A DNA stretch of 63,598 bases, filler included, from Rhabdomonas costata (GCA_019059605.1; 49 parts of 49 records of this genome joined end to end with filler, not necessarily neighbours in it); one strand, 5' to 3'; positions 11,223 through 24,473 are shown, counted from the first letter of the whole stretch. The notes: a model not told the origin generated them from the sequence alone. Numbers and translations are program-made.

Positions 11223-14200
11223 GTGCGAGGAGGGCCCCCAAACCACAAGGTTTCAAATCAAATGGCAAAAAAGCAATAATCGACTGCAATCCAGAAGACG
11301 GAAAAAAGTTCCAAACCCATGCCAACGTGAGCAAAGAAGAAGACAAAGCCTCCACGTTGCTTCGCCTACCGTCTGCAAGGCTGCATCATTTTACAGGAAA
11401 AAAAAGACAGGATCTGCGAAACACCCAAAAATCACACCGCGCCCACGAATCTACGCAAGAGCGTAGGACGCCATCGCCACCATCACATCCCACGGGACGA
11501 AACGAGGGGCTTGGTTTCCCATTTGTAACATCTTCACAGTCTCGAAAGAAGCCTTGACCCACCGTCTCGCCCGCGACAAGGGGATCAGGTCACCCCCCCC
11601 CCCCNNNNNNNNNNNNNNNNNNNNNNNNNNNNNNNNNNNNNNNNNNNNTTAATTAATTAANNNNNNNNNNNNNNNNNNNNNNNNNNNNNNNNNNNNNNNN
11701 NNNNGGGGGGGGTGCCAATAAATCTACTATAGGGGGGGCATGTATGCCCTTACGCCACGTTCGTGGCTTTGAACTTCAGCGTCGTGTTTCTCTCAGCTTC
11801 TGCAAGGTGTCTCAGGAATCGGGGTGCAGAGCAAGTCGGAAGCCGGGTTGCAGGACCGGCAGCGGCCATTGGTGGACGTCAGCTCCCTTTTGTATGCCTT
11901 TCTACTTTCACACTCCAACATCGCATAATTGAAAAAGATATCTTAATGCAAATTTGTCCGTTTGTTCCCGGTAGTAATGTTGGTGCGAGGAAACGCACAG
12001 AGGTCAAGGAGGGTTGCGATGAAAAGGAACGCTGTCCCTAGCCTAATAGGGCGCTGCCCATGGATACTTGCCCGGGGGGTCCCATAGCACTGTGTGTTGC
12101 CGGACCTGCGCTAAAGGCTCACCAGACAACAGGCTGGGACTCTCCCCATGCCCCACGCGTCCCAGGCTTAGCACTGAACATTTCCTAAAGAAACTGTGTC
12201 CTCACACCCACCCACCCAGCAATTGGGGCGCGGCAGTCGTTGCGTGTGATGCCTTTGACATGCTTTTGGCAAACCAGCTCTATCCATCCTCCAAGAAACG
12301 GGGAAGGTGTTCAGGACGTACAGTACAATGCTGGGCCACTGAACGAGCAGGGAGGGGGGAGACTGAAGGAAACGCTGACCTCGCCCACCCTGCCCGAGCA
12401 CCAACAACCATGGAAGGCTGTGACCTGGTCGCTTGGTTCGATTATTCTTTTTCAAATTGGGAAACGACCGTTTTGGCGCTTTTTTGAACGCAGAACGCAG
12501 AACGGCCTATCACTTGTGGTAGGTTCAGATCCCTTGAACGTTACCCAGTAGCTTTTTTTTGCGCTCCTTTTATTTGACCCGTTTTATTTGTCCTTTTTTG
12601 TTTCTGTTGACAATTTGAGAGTTTAGGGAGACTTGGACCCGTGCGGGGATGCAACAAAACTCCGGGAATGGCTGAGAGAATCGTTATTGCTTTGTCTTCA
12701 ATTGGGGACTTACCCTCACTCGCGGAACCCCCTGTTAAAGGGCGATGCACAAAGTCCATGTTATGAATGGGTCGCTGGTAAAGGAATGCCGTTTTTCATG
12801 TGCATTCCGTGCGCACTTGTGTGATGCATGCCCTGACAGGGCGACTTCCCCCACGCGAGGACGCCCGCCCGGCCACAGCAGGGGCCAAAGCCCCCACCCC
12901 CCACNNNNNNNNNNNNNNNNNNNNNNNNNNNNNNNNNNNNNNNNNNNNTTAATTAATTAANNNNNNNNNNNNNNNNNNNNNNNNNNNNNNNNNNNNNNNN
13001 NNNNGGTGTGGGGGTAGAGTTCGGCTCCCCGAGGTCGGGTACGGCCCGAGAACAGAGTGGAGAGATGGGAAGGGAAGGGAGGAAATGAGAGGCTGGGAGG
13101 CTACTGGTGCGGGGTGGTGGTCTACCGCGAACACGCAGGAAAAAAACAGTGGGCGCCGCCCAAAACCTTGAGGAGGAGGAGGAGACAATTGTATGGGGGT
13201 TAGCGCTTAGCGATTAGCGATTAGCGTTGCGAAATGTTTTTGGCTCTTTTCGGCGCATTTTCGGATTTTGGAATTGTCGTTGCTGGGAGTTGGAAGGCAA
13301 ATGTAACAGGATAATTGTAAGGAAGGAGGACAGGAGAGGGCGGTGACGACGTGGGCAACAATTGCTTGCACTAACAAGTTCTTTTGTGTGGTGCGCCTAG
13401 GCGGGTTACGCACCTTGCCCGTTTTCGTTTCCAGGTGCCTTGGCTTTGACCTTTGACCAAGCTCGCAGTAAATATGCGACGACCCGAAGCACTCAAAAAA
13501 AATGAAGCCCCTGATTAAAAACGACCACTGTTTTTGCTGCTAAGGGAATCTTTTGGGTTGAAACTACCGCTAACAAAATAAAACCGCCCCTCGAAGGCAA
13601 GTAAGAAAAAACCAACCACCCCGGGAGTCCTGATGTTCAGTCTGAGACTTGATGGGGTGATTCCTCAGGGGACACACAGTGTATTCCATGGTGAAGCCTG
13701 TGATGTCGACCAAGGGAACACCAACATCAACAGCAAACTATTGGCAGTTCAACACAAAAGAAGAACCTTTCAGCGCGCACACAAGAGATGCCTGAGCAAG
13801 TATTATTCACAGAGCAATGTGTGGACCTTCGGCAACTGCCAGAAACACAACAAACCCACATTGGGCTAGAGTGAGCTGTGTTTCCCAAAAGCTCCGGGCA
13901 AGGGGCACCAGAGCCGAGCTTATTTCAGCGCCGACTTAATGAGCCAGACCGCTCAGCGAAGAGTTTGCGGATGGTATCCTCCCCCTGCGGAAAAGATACA
14001 GTCTCCGTACAACATACACCATTCACATTCCCGTGAACACAATTCCTCCCGCCAATGCCGACAACGGCGATGGGAAGCAAAAGCCTAACTCATCATAAGC
14101 AAACCCATGTGTGTTGTGAACAAAACGTCCGCCTTCTTCTTTTTCTCACCCACAATCGATCCCCCAACAGTCCTCCACATTCCTCAATTTTTCGCACCCA

Positions 14201-15802
14201 GCTGNNNNNNNNNNNNNNNNNNNNNNNNNNNNNNNNNNNNNNNNNNNNTTAATTAATTAANNNNNNNNNNNNNNNNNNNNNNNNNNNNNNNNNNNNNNNN
14301 NNNNATCCCTGCCATTCGCGACCTTAGCCAGCAGTAGTTTTCAGCAGCTAAGCAAAACATTGAAAAGGAGAACTGACAAACTTTACCTAATCCTGTACAC
14401 AAAAATAAAGGCATTTCGGGAGTGCCAACATGCTTTACCTCACCGTTTTCAGTTATTTTAGAAAAAGGTAGTTTATGTTATCTGTTACCACCCCTCATCG
14501 ACTTCCACACAAGCCCAAAGAACCAGACCAGGACAACTGAACCGGACTGTTGACCCGGAAAAGGCAGAGAGGGGGGGGGGGTGGGTGGCGAAGGAGTACG
14601 GAGCAGCGGTGGAGGTGACGAAGCTCGGCTGTGAAGCAGAGGCTGCCGGCCTGAGAAAGCATTGGTCACAGTCCATCTCTTCCCTTTCCTCTTATTTTTG
14701 CCTCAATGCCCCAATCAAACAGAGTGTAATGTGGAACCCCTTGGTGCGTTTGGACTCACATCTCAGGCTCTATGCACAGATGCGTACCAGGTTCTGATGA
14801 TGATCGCATTGCTCGGCTTCTGAGCAGAATATACACACAGTGAGTTGCCGTAGGGGCATTAAGTGTTGTGGGCCTCTGTGTGTAGGTGTGTTGCGGAAGG
14901 TGGTGGTGGTGGGGTGCGGAGGCGATTTTGTACCCCGAAGGAGGGGCTTGGAAGGGTGGGGCACGAGAGACGGCGCCCTGGCCGTCGGGGAAACTCCGAG
15001 CCGAGACTACCGGCCTGTGCGGGAAACGAAGAAAGAGCTATGGCAAGGGAACTGTCAGCTGCAATGGTCCAATAAAATGACAAACCGAGACCTTGGAACG
15101 ATGTACTACTCGTGAACCCGAAAAACCCGAGTCACTGGATGGGTGCGTGATTGCTTGACTGCGTTGGTGTTCTGTATTCCACGTGACGCCTGCGGAACAA
15201 TAGAAACCTCTACCCCACTACATTGAACGTTTGGAAAAGTAGAGTGGAAAAAGACAGGATGGCAACCCACCCACCATAAGCCATACGCTAAAACCTCCGC
15301 CAATTAAAAGAGGGGTGACAAGGCCTGAAGGCACGCTCTATCATCGTGGACTCACACAAGAAACCACACCGCCGAAATACTCTCTTGGACAAGATTTATT
15401 ATTACACATTCCACTGCACTTTCTGGATGCCTATCTGAACCGGCAAGAAGTCCCCTTTCCTTTTTCATAATACTCCCATGTCCCTCCCAACACACCAACC
15501 CACCNNNNNNNNNNNNNNNNNNNNNNNNNNNNNNNNNNNNNNNNNNNNTTAATTAATTAANNNNNNNNNNNNNNNNNNNNNNNNNNNNNNNNNNNNNNNN
15601 NNNNGGTGTTGTTGTGTTGGTTGTGTTGGGTATGTCTGGCTAGTGGTGAGAAGCCCCCAGCTACCACGCCTCTGAAAAATCTGGAGCGATCCTTCCTTGT
15701 TGGTTCGCCTAGGTATACGTATGCCGCTGGAATTTACTGGCATACGTATTTATTACTGGAAAACGGAGCCGGGAATTCAGAAGCGGGGTACGCTGCCCCA
15801 AC

Positions 15803-16003
15803 CTGAGGGTTGCCTTGTTCCGCGAGCTTTAGCAGGGGAAGGATGTCCGTGGGCGGAGGGGTGGGGGCCGTGTTAGAGCTGGCGAAGGAGCAGGCCAGCC
15901 TGGGGGTGAGAGAGGATCTCCTCAGGAGGAGGAGACCCCCGCGAGGACCAGGCCGTGCCAGCGCACGCCCCACAGAGAGGGCGAGCCGGGCAAGAGACGA
16001 CAT
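15803..16003 (-). CDS. First exon of a probable mitochondrial Sel1-like repeat protein
   Basis: An Arg/Leu/Ser-rich presequence MSSLARLALSVGRALAR... is followed by LLKLAEQGNPQ|gt (Sel1 A.QG...AQ start). The exon is 67 whole codons, with an AG acceptor just upstream of the ATG. Confidence 0.55.
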
Positions 16004-17485
16004 CGGAGAAGGGGCTGACAGTGCCGGAACCAACGGGGAGGCCGACACACAAAGGGACACACAGAAACACAGAACGTACCTTCGAAAAGAGGGAAGCCCA
16101 CTGAAACTCAGACCTGCACAAGCATCACAGTGCTCATTACAGTGCTCTTTACGGGCTTTAACAAACTTTGCCATTGATCGTGACACTTTTTGGAATATCG
16201 TCGCCGCAGTGTTCGGTGATCCCTGCATCCACAGAGCGGGAAGTGCACAGCGGTCAAGCATCCCTTTATCGTGAGGACGGCGGGAGGAAGCTGGGGCACA
16301 GCGAGCAGGAAGGGGAAAAATAGCGTTATGACCCCGCAACGTACCCTACTCTGCAACCTCGACCCCCCAAGGTACAAGGTACCGTTCGGGAGCCCTGCGC
16401 CCCCACTTCACCACACGCATACCCTTTCTGAGCCATGGTATTCCGTATTGGGTTCACTTAAAAGGTGACTCACTCATCCTTCCACAAGAAGAGAAACCAT
16501 GCCAACCGCTCAATCAACACAGAAGTGGCAAACACACACACGCACAAACAAACAAACAGGCCATGCACCATCGAAATCTCCCCTCTCCCAAGAATACGCA
16601 CTTCCCGAGCTGGCTCCAATCCACATTCTCATCCGGTCATCTCCCCTACTGCTTCGCCTTCTTCTTCCCTGTTTTAGGGGGCTGATACTTCGTGAAGACA
16701 TCATCCAGGGTCCCCTCGATCGCTTCGGCCTGCGTGTGCGATATGCATGCGCAACGAAAAAATTCACGTCCAAGTCCGGCCTGTTTTTCCATCGCAAAAA
16801 CCCCNNNNNNNNNNNNNNNNNNNNNNNNNNNNNNNNNNNNNNNNNNNNTTAATTAATTAANNNNNNNNNNNNNNNNNNNNNNNNNNNNNNNNNNNNNNNN
16901 NNNNTTGTGGGTGGTTGCTGCGCCTGCCTCCTGTGAAACCTATGCGGACCGGAGAGCTACCATTAACCTCAGAACTCGAGCTAGAGTGACGGGGTGGAGC
17001 TCATATTTGGTGGTTTGGTAGTACTCTACGAGATGAGTTGGTAGGTCCCTTCCCGGCCCTGGAGTCCTTCTCTACGCCGAGATATGATCCCTTCAAGGTC
17101 CAATTATGGCCTTTTAATTTGTCGACTTAAATTTCAAGGGCATGGGGTGCACTTTTCGGACGCTTGCAGGCCTTGCAGGCCTGCATACAGAGCCTGAGCT
17201 TTCTGCCAACACCCATGTCTCATGCGAGAACTCCGTTTGGTTATGAACGTAATTCACGTTTCTTGAGAAACAGGTGTTCAAAGTTGGTGAGCCTTTTTCT
17301 GAAAGCATTGAAAATTTTTTTTTAAAGAATTCATAACAGCAGCATGCCGGGAAGTCCGCCTCCCCGCCCCCTTGACCCGCAACTCCGTAGTGATTTCTTA
17401 CCACAGCCCTTGGGGACAACACGCGGGGTCCTGAGAGCCACCTTCCGGTTCTTCCCCTGCATTGAGGTTTTGTTTCCCTGCACAG

Positions 17486-17760
17486 GCCACCCCCTGGGAG
17501 CGCAGCGCTGGTCCCGGGGAATGCGGTGCCTGATTCCTTCGTTTGAGGCACTGATGGGGCAGCCCCAGCTGGTGGGCGAGGAGATGAGGCCTTACTGTGG
17601 CCAGGTCGGGGTGATTGTCTGGCTGACCACAGACCACAGGGGGACCACCGCCAGGGTGGAGTTCCCCGGGGGCAAGACGTGGATGTACGACGCGTCGCGG
17701 CTGCTCTCGCCACCAGAGGAGGGAGAGCTCTTGCAGGAGCAATCCTCACAGGCCATTGGT
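17486..17760 (+). CDS. Exon with a Mind-bomb-type SH3 repeat-like domain
   Basis: cacag|...EEMRPYCGQVGVIVWL...ARVEFPGGKTWMYDASRL...|gtgagc resembles the M...G..G.V.......RV.FPGG..W..N...L consensus. Confidence 0.5.
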
Positions 17761-18334
17761 GTGAGCTTGTGTCGACTTCGCGCGAAAGGATGTCATACAA
17801 AATTCTTGTCTTTTTTTGTTTCTTCTTCACGAGTGGAAGGTCAGGATAGTTCAAAGTGTGGCTGGTTTCAGCTCAGAACCGAGAGCAAGGGAACTATCAA
17901 CTTTTAAAAGACGATAGTGACCAGAAAAAAGACTACAGTGCTTGCTACACACTACTGCGCCAGCTTGAGTCAGCGCGTTGCAATTCGTCAATTGGACAAA
18001 GCATACGAGGAAAGCACCAGAGACAGAAAAACAGAAGGGCACTATGCGTTCAGCGTAGAAAAAGATGGCAAGAGGGACTAGCAAAGTTTGAAAAAACACA
18101 AATANNNNNNNNNNNNNNNNNNNNNNNNNNNNNNNNNNNNNNNNNNNNTTAATTAATTAANNNNNNNNNNNNNNNNNNNNNNNNNNNNNNNNNNNNNNNN
18201 NNNNGTGGGGTGGTGAGCACAGAGAAACTGCGGGCCAAGGAGAAACGAGGGGGTTGCGGATACACGTGGCCATTGCTCTGTGTTCGGGACCTTGGAGGTC
18301 CAGGTACCCCGGTCCCTGTTAAGACGAGCCCGAG

Positions 18335-18360
18335 GGTGTGTGTGTGTGTGTGTGTGTGTG
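18335..18360 (+). repeat. (GT)n microsatellite
   Basis: A perfect dinucleotide run. Similar CA/GT runs occur near 41785-41845 and 47966-47990. Confidence 0.9.
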
Positions 18361-19813
18361 CCTAGGAACCGTGGCGCTCGCTCACTGCCACTAGGTGAGC
18401 CCACAGGGCGGTACACGGTCGCCCGCGACAAAGTCCAAGGGGTGGAGTCCATCTGCTGATGATGCCGGTGCAGCGGAGGAAGAAGCCTAGTAACTCCTGC
18501 GGGATTCGCAAGAAAGAACCAATACCACAGGACACACATGGCCGTGTTCTCGATTGACGGGACAATCGACAATTGCATTGGGAGGGTGTGTATGTGTCGG
18601 GAGCCAATAAACGATTTTTGGGACTTTGAAGTGGGAAAGATTTGGCTTTAACTCAGCGCGGTCGAGCATGTGGGCGAAGGAGCCGGAAACGTCCCGTGGG
18701 TGCATCGACATTCAAAACCTTCTGGAGGTCAACTTTGCTGCACTAAGGGCACCGGGATTAAGTGACCTGCATCTCCAAGATGAAATCAGTTTGGGGCCCC
18801 TTGCATTTTTTTGAGGGGGGAGGGAGGCGTTAAGCATTTAGCACTGCTATGTTTTCGAACCCCCTTGTAGTAAATTGTATCCGTCTAGGGAGCGGAAAAC
18901 TGTAAAACTGACACCATCTTGCTTAAAAAATGCACTCAGAGGTAGCTGACACCTCAGTAACGTCACAACCCATCCGCCCTCTCCGGCCGCGCCGCGGACC
19001 TGCCTTCGCCGATAACATAATCTTGTCCCAAGTGTCTTTCAAACCCCATAATCTCGGCACAATGTGGAGAGGAGGGAATGAGCCACTTGCCGTCATGCCC
19101 CTCATGCCTTCGGGTGGGTTTTTTTTAATTTAACAAAACTATTCTCGCAGACATCAGCCAAAAATGCTGGCTCAGGATTCTTGCCCTCACCAAACTTCAT
19201 TGGTCGGCTCAGACTAAAAACTGCACTTCCTGAGACCTGGAAAAGATTGAATTCCGGGTTGGTCCGATCAAGGCATCTAAAATAGCATCATCAATCACGC
19301 ACGGCGCACGGCACGTCCCCCTCCCTCTCCCTCGGTCCACCCTGTCCCTGAACTGTCCAACGAATGTCCAAAAAAATGAAATCATCCCCCCGCCAATGTC
19401 AAACCACNNNNNNNNNNNNNNNNNNNNNNNNNNNNNNNNNNNNNNNNNNNNTTAATTAATTAANNNNNNNNNNNNNNNNNNNNNNNNNNNNNNNNNNNNN
19501 NNNNNNNGGTGGGTTGGTGAAAAGCATCATGAAGAAGCAAAAAGCATCACCAATCTTATAATTTGTTCCTCGGCAAAACGGAGGAAATTTATTTACTTCT
19601 TTTTGGGGAAGGGGTGCGAGGGGTTGGACATCACGTCCCGCACAACGAAGCGGACATTTCACAAAGCGCGAGATCATGTGGAATCGGCTGCCAGAGAAGC
19701 CACCCTGCATACCCATCTGTGGCTGGTTATGCGCGGATGGGTAGGTGAGTTGGGCGGGCGCATCTATGCTATCTTCTTTTGGTTGTGGTGGTAAGGGGTA
19801 TATCGAAACACGC

Positions 19814-19905
19814 CTCATCATCAGCTTCATCAGGTCCATCTCTCGGCGTTTCGTGGGAAACCCGGCCACTCCCCTACTGCTTGGGGCTCTCGTGGGCAGA
19901 GACAT
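19814..19905 (-). CDS. UBE2H: Ubiquitin-conjugating enzyme E2 (UBE2H/Ubc8 type), first exon
   Basis: MSLPTRAPSSRGVAGFPTKRREMDLMKLMM(S). KRREMDLMKLMMS is the remembered N-terminus of plant UBC4/5/6 and the UBE2H group. The exon probably ends AG|gcgtgt. Confidence 0.75.
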
Positions 19906-19961
19906 CGCTGGTGCCTTGCTTGCGGCGTTGGAGTGGGCGTGGGAACTTCTGATGGCCCGTG

Positions 19962-20592
19962 CAGGTCCCTCAGCTGAGAAGGGGTGAGCCGGTCCTGGGC
20001 CTCCGCAGCGGCCTTGACAATCGCGAGCAAGTGCTGTGCCAGCTCCGTAAAGGTGTTTTCGACCTGTGAGAAGAGAAATACTCAGAAGAGAAGAGAAATT
20101 CACATGCAAACTCTTGTCCACACAAGCCCGCATGCCCTCTGGAAGCCCAGGCGCAGCAGGGCAATGCAGTTGTCGCACATCGCGTCCTCCAGGCACAGCT
20201 CTCGGGACTCACATGTGGGCGAGTCCTCACGGATCTCCCCGAGGTGCCGCAGCTGCTGCGCCCGCCGGCACTCACAGTCGTCCTCGCAGAACTCCAGCAG
20301 CCTTGTGAACGAAGGAACGCGATATCACCAAAAAAACATATCAATCATATCATCAATCATATCATCAACAAACGCGTTCACGCCACACACCCGCACGACT
20401 TTCAGGTGGGGCGGGGCTTCGCGTGATGGAGTAATTGGGTGCTTCCGGAAAAGCGAAAGGCGAATGAAGGGGGAGGGAGGGGGGAGGGAAGAAAACTTGT
20501 TGATCCGCTCTAGTTGGGCCTGCTGCTGCTTGTAAGAGCCGCCGGAGGAGCCCAGAAGGGCGGGCTGCAGCAGGCGGTTCTTGTCGCCGTAA
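19962..20592 (-). CDS. recQ: RecQ-family helicase, Zn-binding domain and start of the winged helix (three exons, partial)
   Basis: Exons 20592-20497, 20301-20136 and 20063-~19962: YGDKNRL...QLERINK/LLEFCEDDCECRRAQQLRHLGE...C...MCDNC/VENTFTELAQHLLAIVK...RLTPSQLRDL. CRR...L...GE...CDNC is the RecQ Zn motif. Confidence 0.85.
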
Positions 20593-23500
20593 CTGTCCAG
20601 AAAGAGAAGGTAACCGAGAGAGACCCACACACAAACGCACATGAGAGGAACGCCGACGAAGCACCAACGCGCAACACGAAACCATGCACATACCAAGAAC
20701 ACCCAACNNNNNNNNNNNNNNNNNNNNNNNNNNNNNNNNNNNNNNNNNNNNTTAATTAATTAANNNNNNNNNNNNNNNNNNNNNNNNNNNNNNNNNNNNN
20801 NNNNNNNCCCCCCTCAATCTCCGTCTTTCTGTCGCCAACGCTTCGTATGAGGGAGCCTTCCATCACGAGTATGGAATGCTCCTCCCCGTGCTCAAGGATG
20901 GCTCTTGTTTTTTTGTCATTGTTGTGTTTTCCACCCCAGCCTTCGAAGTTTCTTTGTTGCGTATTCCCAGTGCTTTCGACACCTTCGCTAGGGATCGAAG
21001 TGTTCCCTTTTCACCTTTCGTCATCAGGGAAACAATGCCCTATGACCGTGTCTGATGAAGGTCCTTGGTTTGGTGTGTACCTGCGTGAAAGTGTGCTGAA
21101 CACGGGGTTTGGGGCTGGGGGGTGACAGTGTACTGAACACGGAGCCGGTCACGCTTCAGCTGTACAACACCAAGTTCGAGTTGTTGGCTTCCCGGCTGCG
21201 CCCTGCGATCGGCTCCCAAGCGAAACAGTTCTCGAACAGCCTGCTGTTTCACCCGTGTGTTCTTTTCTCTGTGTTTCCAACCCTCCACAGAGAGAAACAC
21301 ACAGACACACAGTGTGAATCAGCGTTTAGCACTGTGGAACCCGAAAAGTTTGAATTTCTGAACGTGGAAATGCTTAAAGTCAGCTTAAAGTCCCAAAACA
21401 AATATTTTCCCGACCTTTTAAAATGCTCTGACATGGCAGATACAGCTAGCGGCGAAGCTGTTGGTTTGCTCAGCTCAGGAGCTCAATGCCGTCAAGGGTT
21501 CAAGACCCCTTTTGAAGCTGGACGTGCGTGGCGAAGGAAAGGGGTTGCCAGACAAGCTCAGTTCAAGCTCAGTTCGATTCGTAGGAATTCACCATGCGGT
21601 TGTAGCCCTCAAAGCAGGAAGAGAAGAAGGGCTGAAGATCTCAGGTATGAGAACAGGTGGAGGATCGAAGCCTCTGGCTGGGTGTGCTCGCACACGCATG
21701 CATACAGGGCTGTCCACAGCGAGTGCCTGTCACAACATGGGACCTGAGGAAAACTTCACCCGAAAATGGTTCTTGTTCAGGGCTGCTCTCTGCTTGCAAG
21801 CCTCCTCCTCCTCTTTCCTCTGCTGCTGCGCAGGTACAAGGGCTATCTTGCGGCCGACCGTGAAGTTCTGCAAGTGCAGTAGCCACCTTCCACGACATCC
21901 TTTCCTTGCCCTCTGGTGCTGCTTTCTGCACCACGCACCAAATGAGACGATTTGCAGGACGTCCGTCTCAGCTCTTCCTCCCCGCCTGTCGTTAGTTCAC
22001 CAAACCCNNNNNNNNNNNNNNNNNNNNNNNNNNNNNNNNNNNNNNNNNNNNTTAATTAATTAANNNNNNNNNNNNNNNNNNNNNNNNNNNNNNNNNNNNN
22101 NNNNNNNTTGTGGGTGTAAACTGCGCCAGGAACCTTGCTACGCTCCATCTTGGTTTCTGTAACCGAATGATGCACCAAATCTGGCCCCATTGTGAACTGA
22201 ACTCTCTGTGGAATACGATGGCGTGGCTCTGGACACTACTTTCATTGTGGTTCCGTCAATTTCTGTGCATTATTACCTCTTGCAGGTTCCAAAAACGGTC
22301 AACTACCAATTTTCAGCTGTCGCAAAATATCTCGTTCAACTTCTGCATAGCATTAGCCATATAAAATCTTCTACGCTACAGAATACCAACTAAATTCGTG
22401 ATCTCTGCATTCTCTTTCTTTTCCTTGTACCGATCTGAAATCCACCACTGCATTTATCCACAACGTGGTACTTTCTACCACTCCCGAACATCTACTATTT
22501 AGTAGCTCTGCAGTCTCAAGCCTCATACAGATTCTGTAGATTGGCTCTCACAAAAGCGTTTAAACCTGCCCAATAAAGGTTTTTTGCAGGGGATTATTTG
22601 TCTGTGACATCTCCACAACTCTGGAAGCACAGTAGCTCTGAATTCAGTCACAACCCACAAAAGCTCTTAAAAACAACCCTTCGGACACACAAACAAAGCT
22701 CTGAAAGTAGAATGAAACTCTGGAATATGTAGATTCAAGAACACTGGACTTTAAAAGTACGAACTCTGGAACAAGTATAGCTAAATACCACATCGGTTGG
22801 GAAAAACCTCACCCATCTAGAGAAACTCTGGAGATGGCACCATAGGTGGAGAGATTCTACTCCATCCTCACCGTACAACACCTTCAACACAATACATGAG
22901 TCTAGAGTCTGGAAATGGTGCTTCGCTGTGGAGCCTTATTCACTTACATACTACAGATATGGCTCTGGACCTGGTACTGCTCTGGTTTGGCTGCCACTAC
23001 CTCGACACTTTCTGGAAGCTCTGAGTCTGTGAACGCTTTGTCCTCCGCCTCCAGGTCATACTACTCTGGTCCATCAGTAACCTCTAACTCTCTAGAACCA
23101 ACTCAGTTTCCTCTGCATAACTACACACTGGGTCTAACCAGTGTGTAGTTCGACTTCATCATCTTTTACGTAGTTCGGACTCCGCAATGGAGTCTGCCAT
23201 CCACTGGGCTCTGATATTGACATTTCTGAACATCACTCTGTGGCTACACTCATACATGTTGGTGTGGGTGTATCATCACTTCCTCTGTCATCATTTGGAA
23301 CGCTGTTNNNNNNNNNNNNNNNNNNNNNNNNNNNNNNNNNNNNNNNNNNNNTTAATTAATTAANNNNNNNNNNNNNNNNNNNNNNNNNNNNNNNNNNNNN
23401 NNNNNNNGTGCCGAGTTTCGGGTCTTCGGGTTCATGCACCTCGGTTGAGGGTGTTTTGTGGGGACTTCTTGCTATGCTTTGGCAAACAAACGGCCGGAGC

Positions 23501-23842
23501 GGGCGGCTGAGTCGGGGACGTTACGTTACGTTACCTGGCAAAGAAAGGGTCCTACATGGCGATTCACGTCAAAGCGAAGCATGGCTACTGCAGCCATTAC
23601 TCTGTCACTCTGGGTTTAGCTCAGTCGTGGCTTCAATTTTGCATTAACTTTTTGCCTTCTTAATGAGGGAAAAGGTTGAAGGTCCCCGTTCAGTCACAGC
23701 GCTGCAGTCACAGTACATGCCGGGTGCTGGTAGTGGATTAGGGTGGCACGGTTCTCGAGCACTTCTAGTGCACTTTGTATTCCTGTGAAACCTTTACCTT
23801 ATACCACGCAAATGCTGCCCCCCCCCTCACACATACGTGCAG

Positions 23843-24082
23843 GCGAGGCATGTGGCGCTGGAGCTGGACAGGCTTCGTCGGGAGATTGCGGGCGCGCAGT
23901 GGAAGGTCACGCCGAACATTGAGAAGTATGGTGGGGGGCTCAACGAGAAGCAGGAGCCTGCCAATCTGGACCCCGACCAGTTGACCCCGGAGAAGGACAT
24001 GAAGGAGTTCCTGGAAACCCTTAAACTGCGGGATGAGAAGGGCCACTTCCTGTGCATGTGCTGCGGCAGAAGCACAAAGTGA
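23843..24082 (+). CDS. Terminal exon of an unknown protein with a C-terminal CxCC motif
   Basis: gtgcag|ARHVALELDRLRREIAG...KGHFLCMCCGRSTK*, with strong GC3 codon bias. Confidence 0.65.
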   Translation, partial: ARHVALELDRLRREIAGAQWKVTPNIEKYGGGLNEKQEPANLDPDQLTPEKDMKEFLETLKLRDEKGHFLCMCCGRSTK

Positions 24083-24353
24083 ACCTCCCTCTCCCAGCCC
24101 CTCTCATGGATATGTTTATTCAATGTTTATTCAGGCTGCGTGCCAACACTTGAGACCAAGCCCTTTGCCCTAGCCCTCGCACTGTATCCCCCGGTACTCT
24201 AACCCTGGAAACCGTACAGTGGGCCCAAGCTCTTACACAAGGGGCGAGAGATCCAGCTGCTCCCCATCGATTTTATCCTGCCGGGCTCGGCTCTCAACCT
24301 GAACCAATCGTGAGGGCGGCAGATTTGGCGGAGATGGGGAGGGGAGTACTAAA

Positions 24354-24473
24354 AAGCGTACAGCACCCACCGTTCCCAGGTGGTCGCCCACCCCAGTACT
24401 AAGTAGGCCTGATGAGGCTTAGCTTCTGAAATCAGACGGGTTCAGGCGTTTTCCCCATAGTATGGCCGTACGC
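24354..24473 (-). rRNA. rrn5: 5S ribosomal RNA (euglenid type)
   Basis: GCGTACGGCCATACTATGGGGAAAACGCCTGAACCCGTCTGATTTCAGAAGCTAAGCC...TAGTACTGGGGTGGGCGACCACCTGGGAAC...GCTGTACGC followed by a T5 Pol III terminator. All five helices pair, and the sequence is close to the remembered Euglena gracilis 5S. Confidence 0.95.

Noticed and set aside
13197-13232. Short TTAGCG(A) run resembling a telomere variant (also ~36041-36056)
   Set aside because: Only 3-4 units and internal to the contig, too short to support a telomeric role.
24200-24350. Possible SL RNA or snRNA downstream of the 5S gene
   Set aside because: I could not recognise an SL exon, a convincing Sm site, or U1/U2/U5/U6 hallmark motifs. 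A covariance-model search would be needed.
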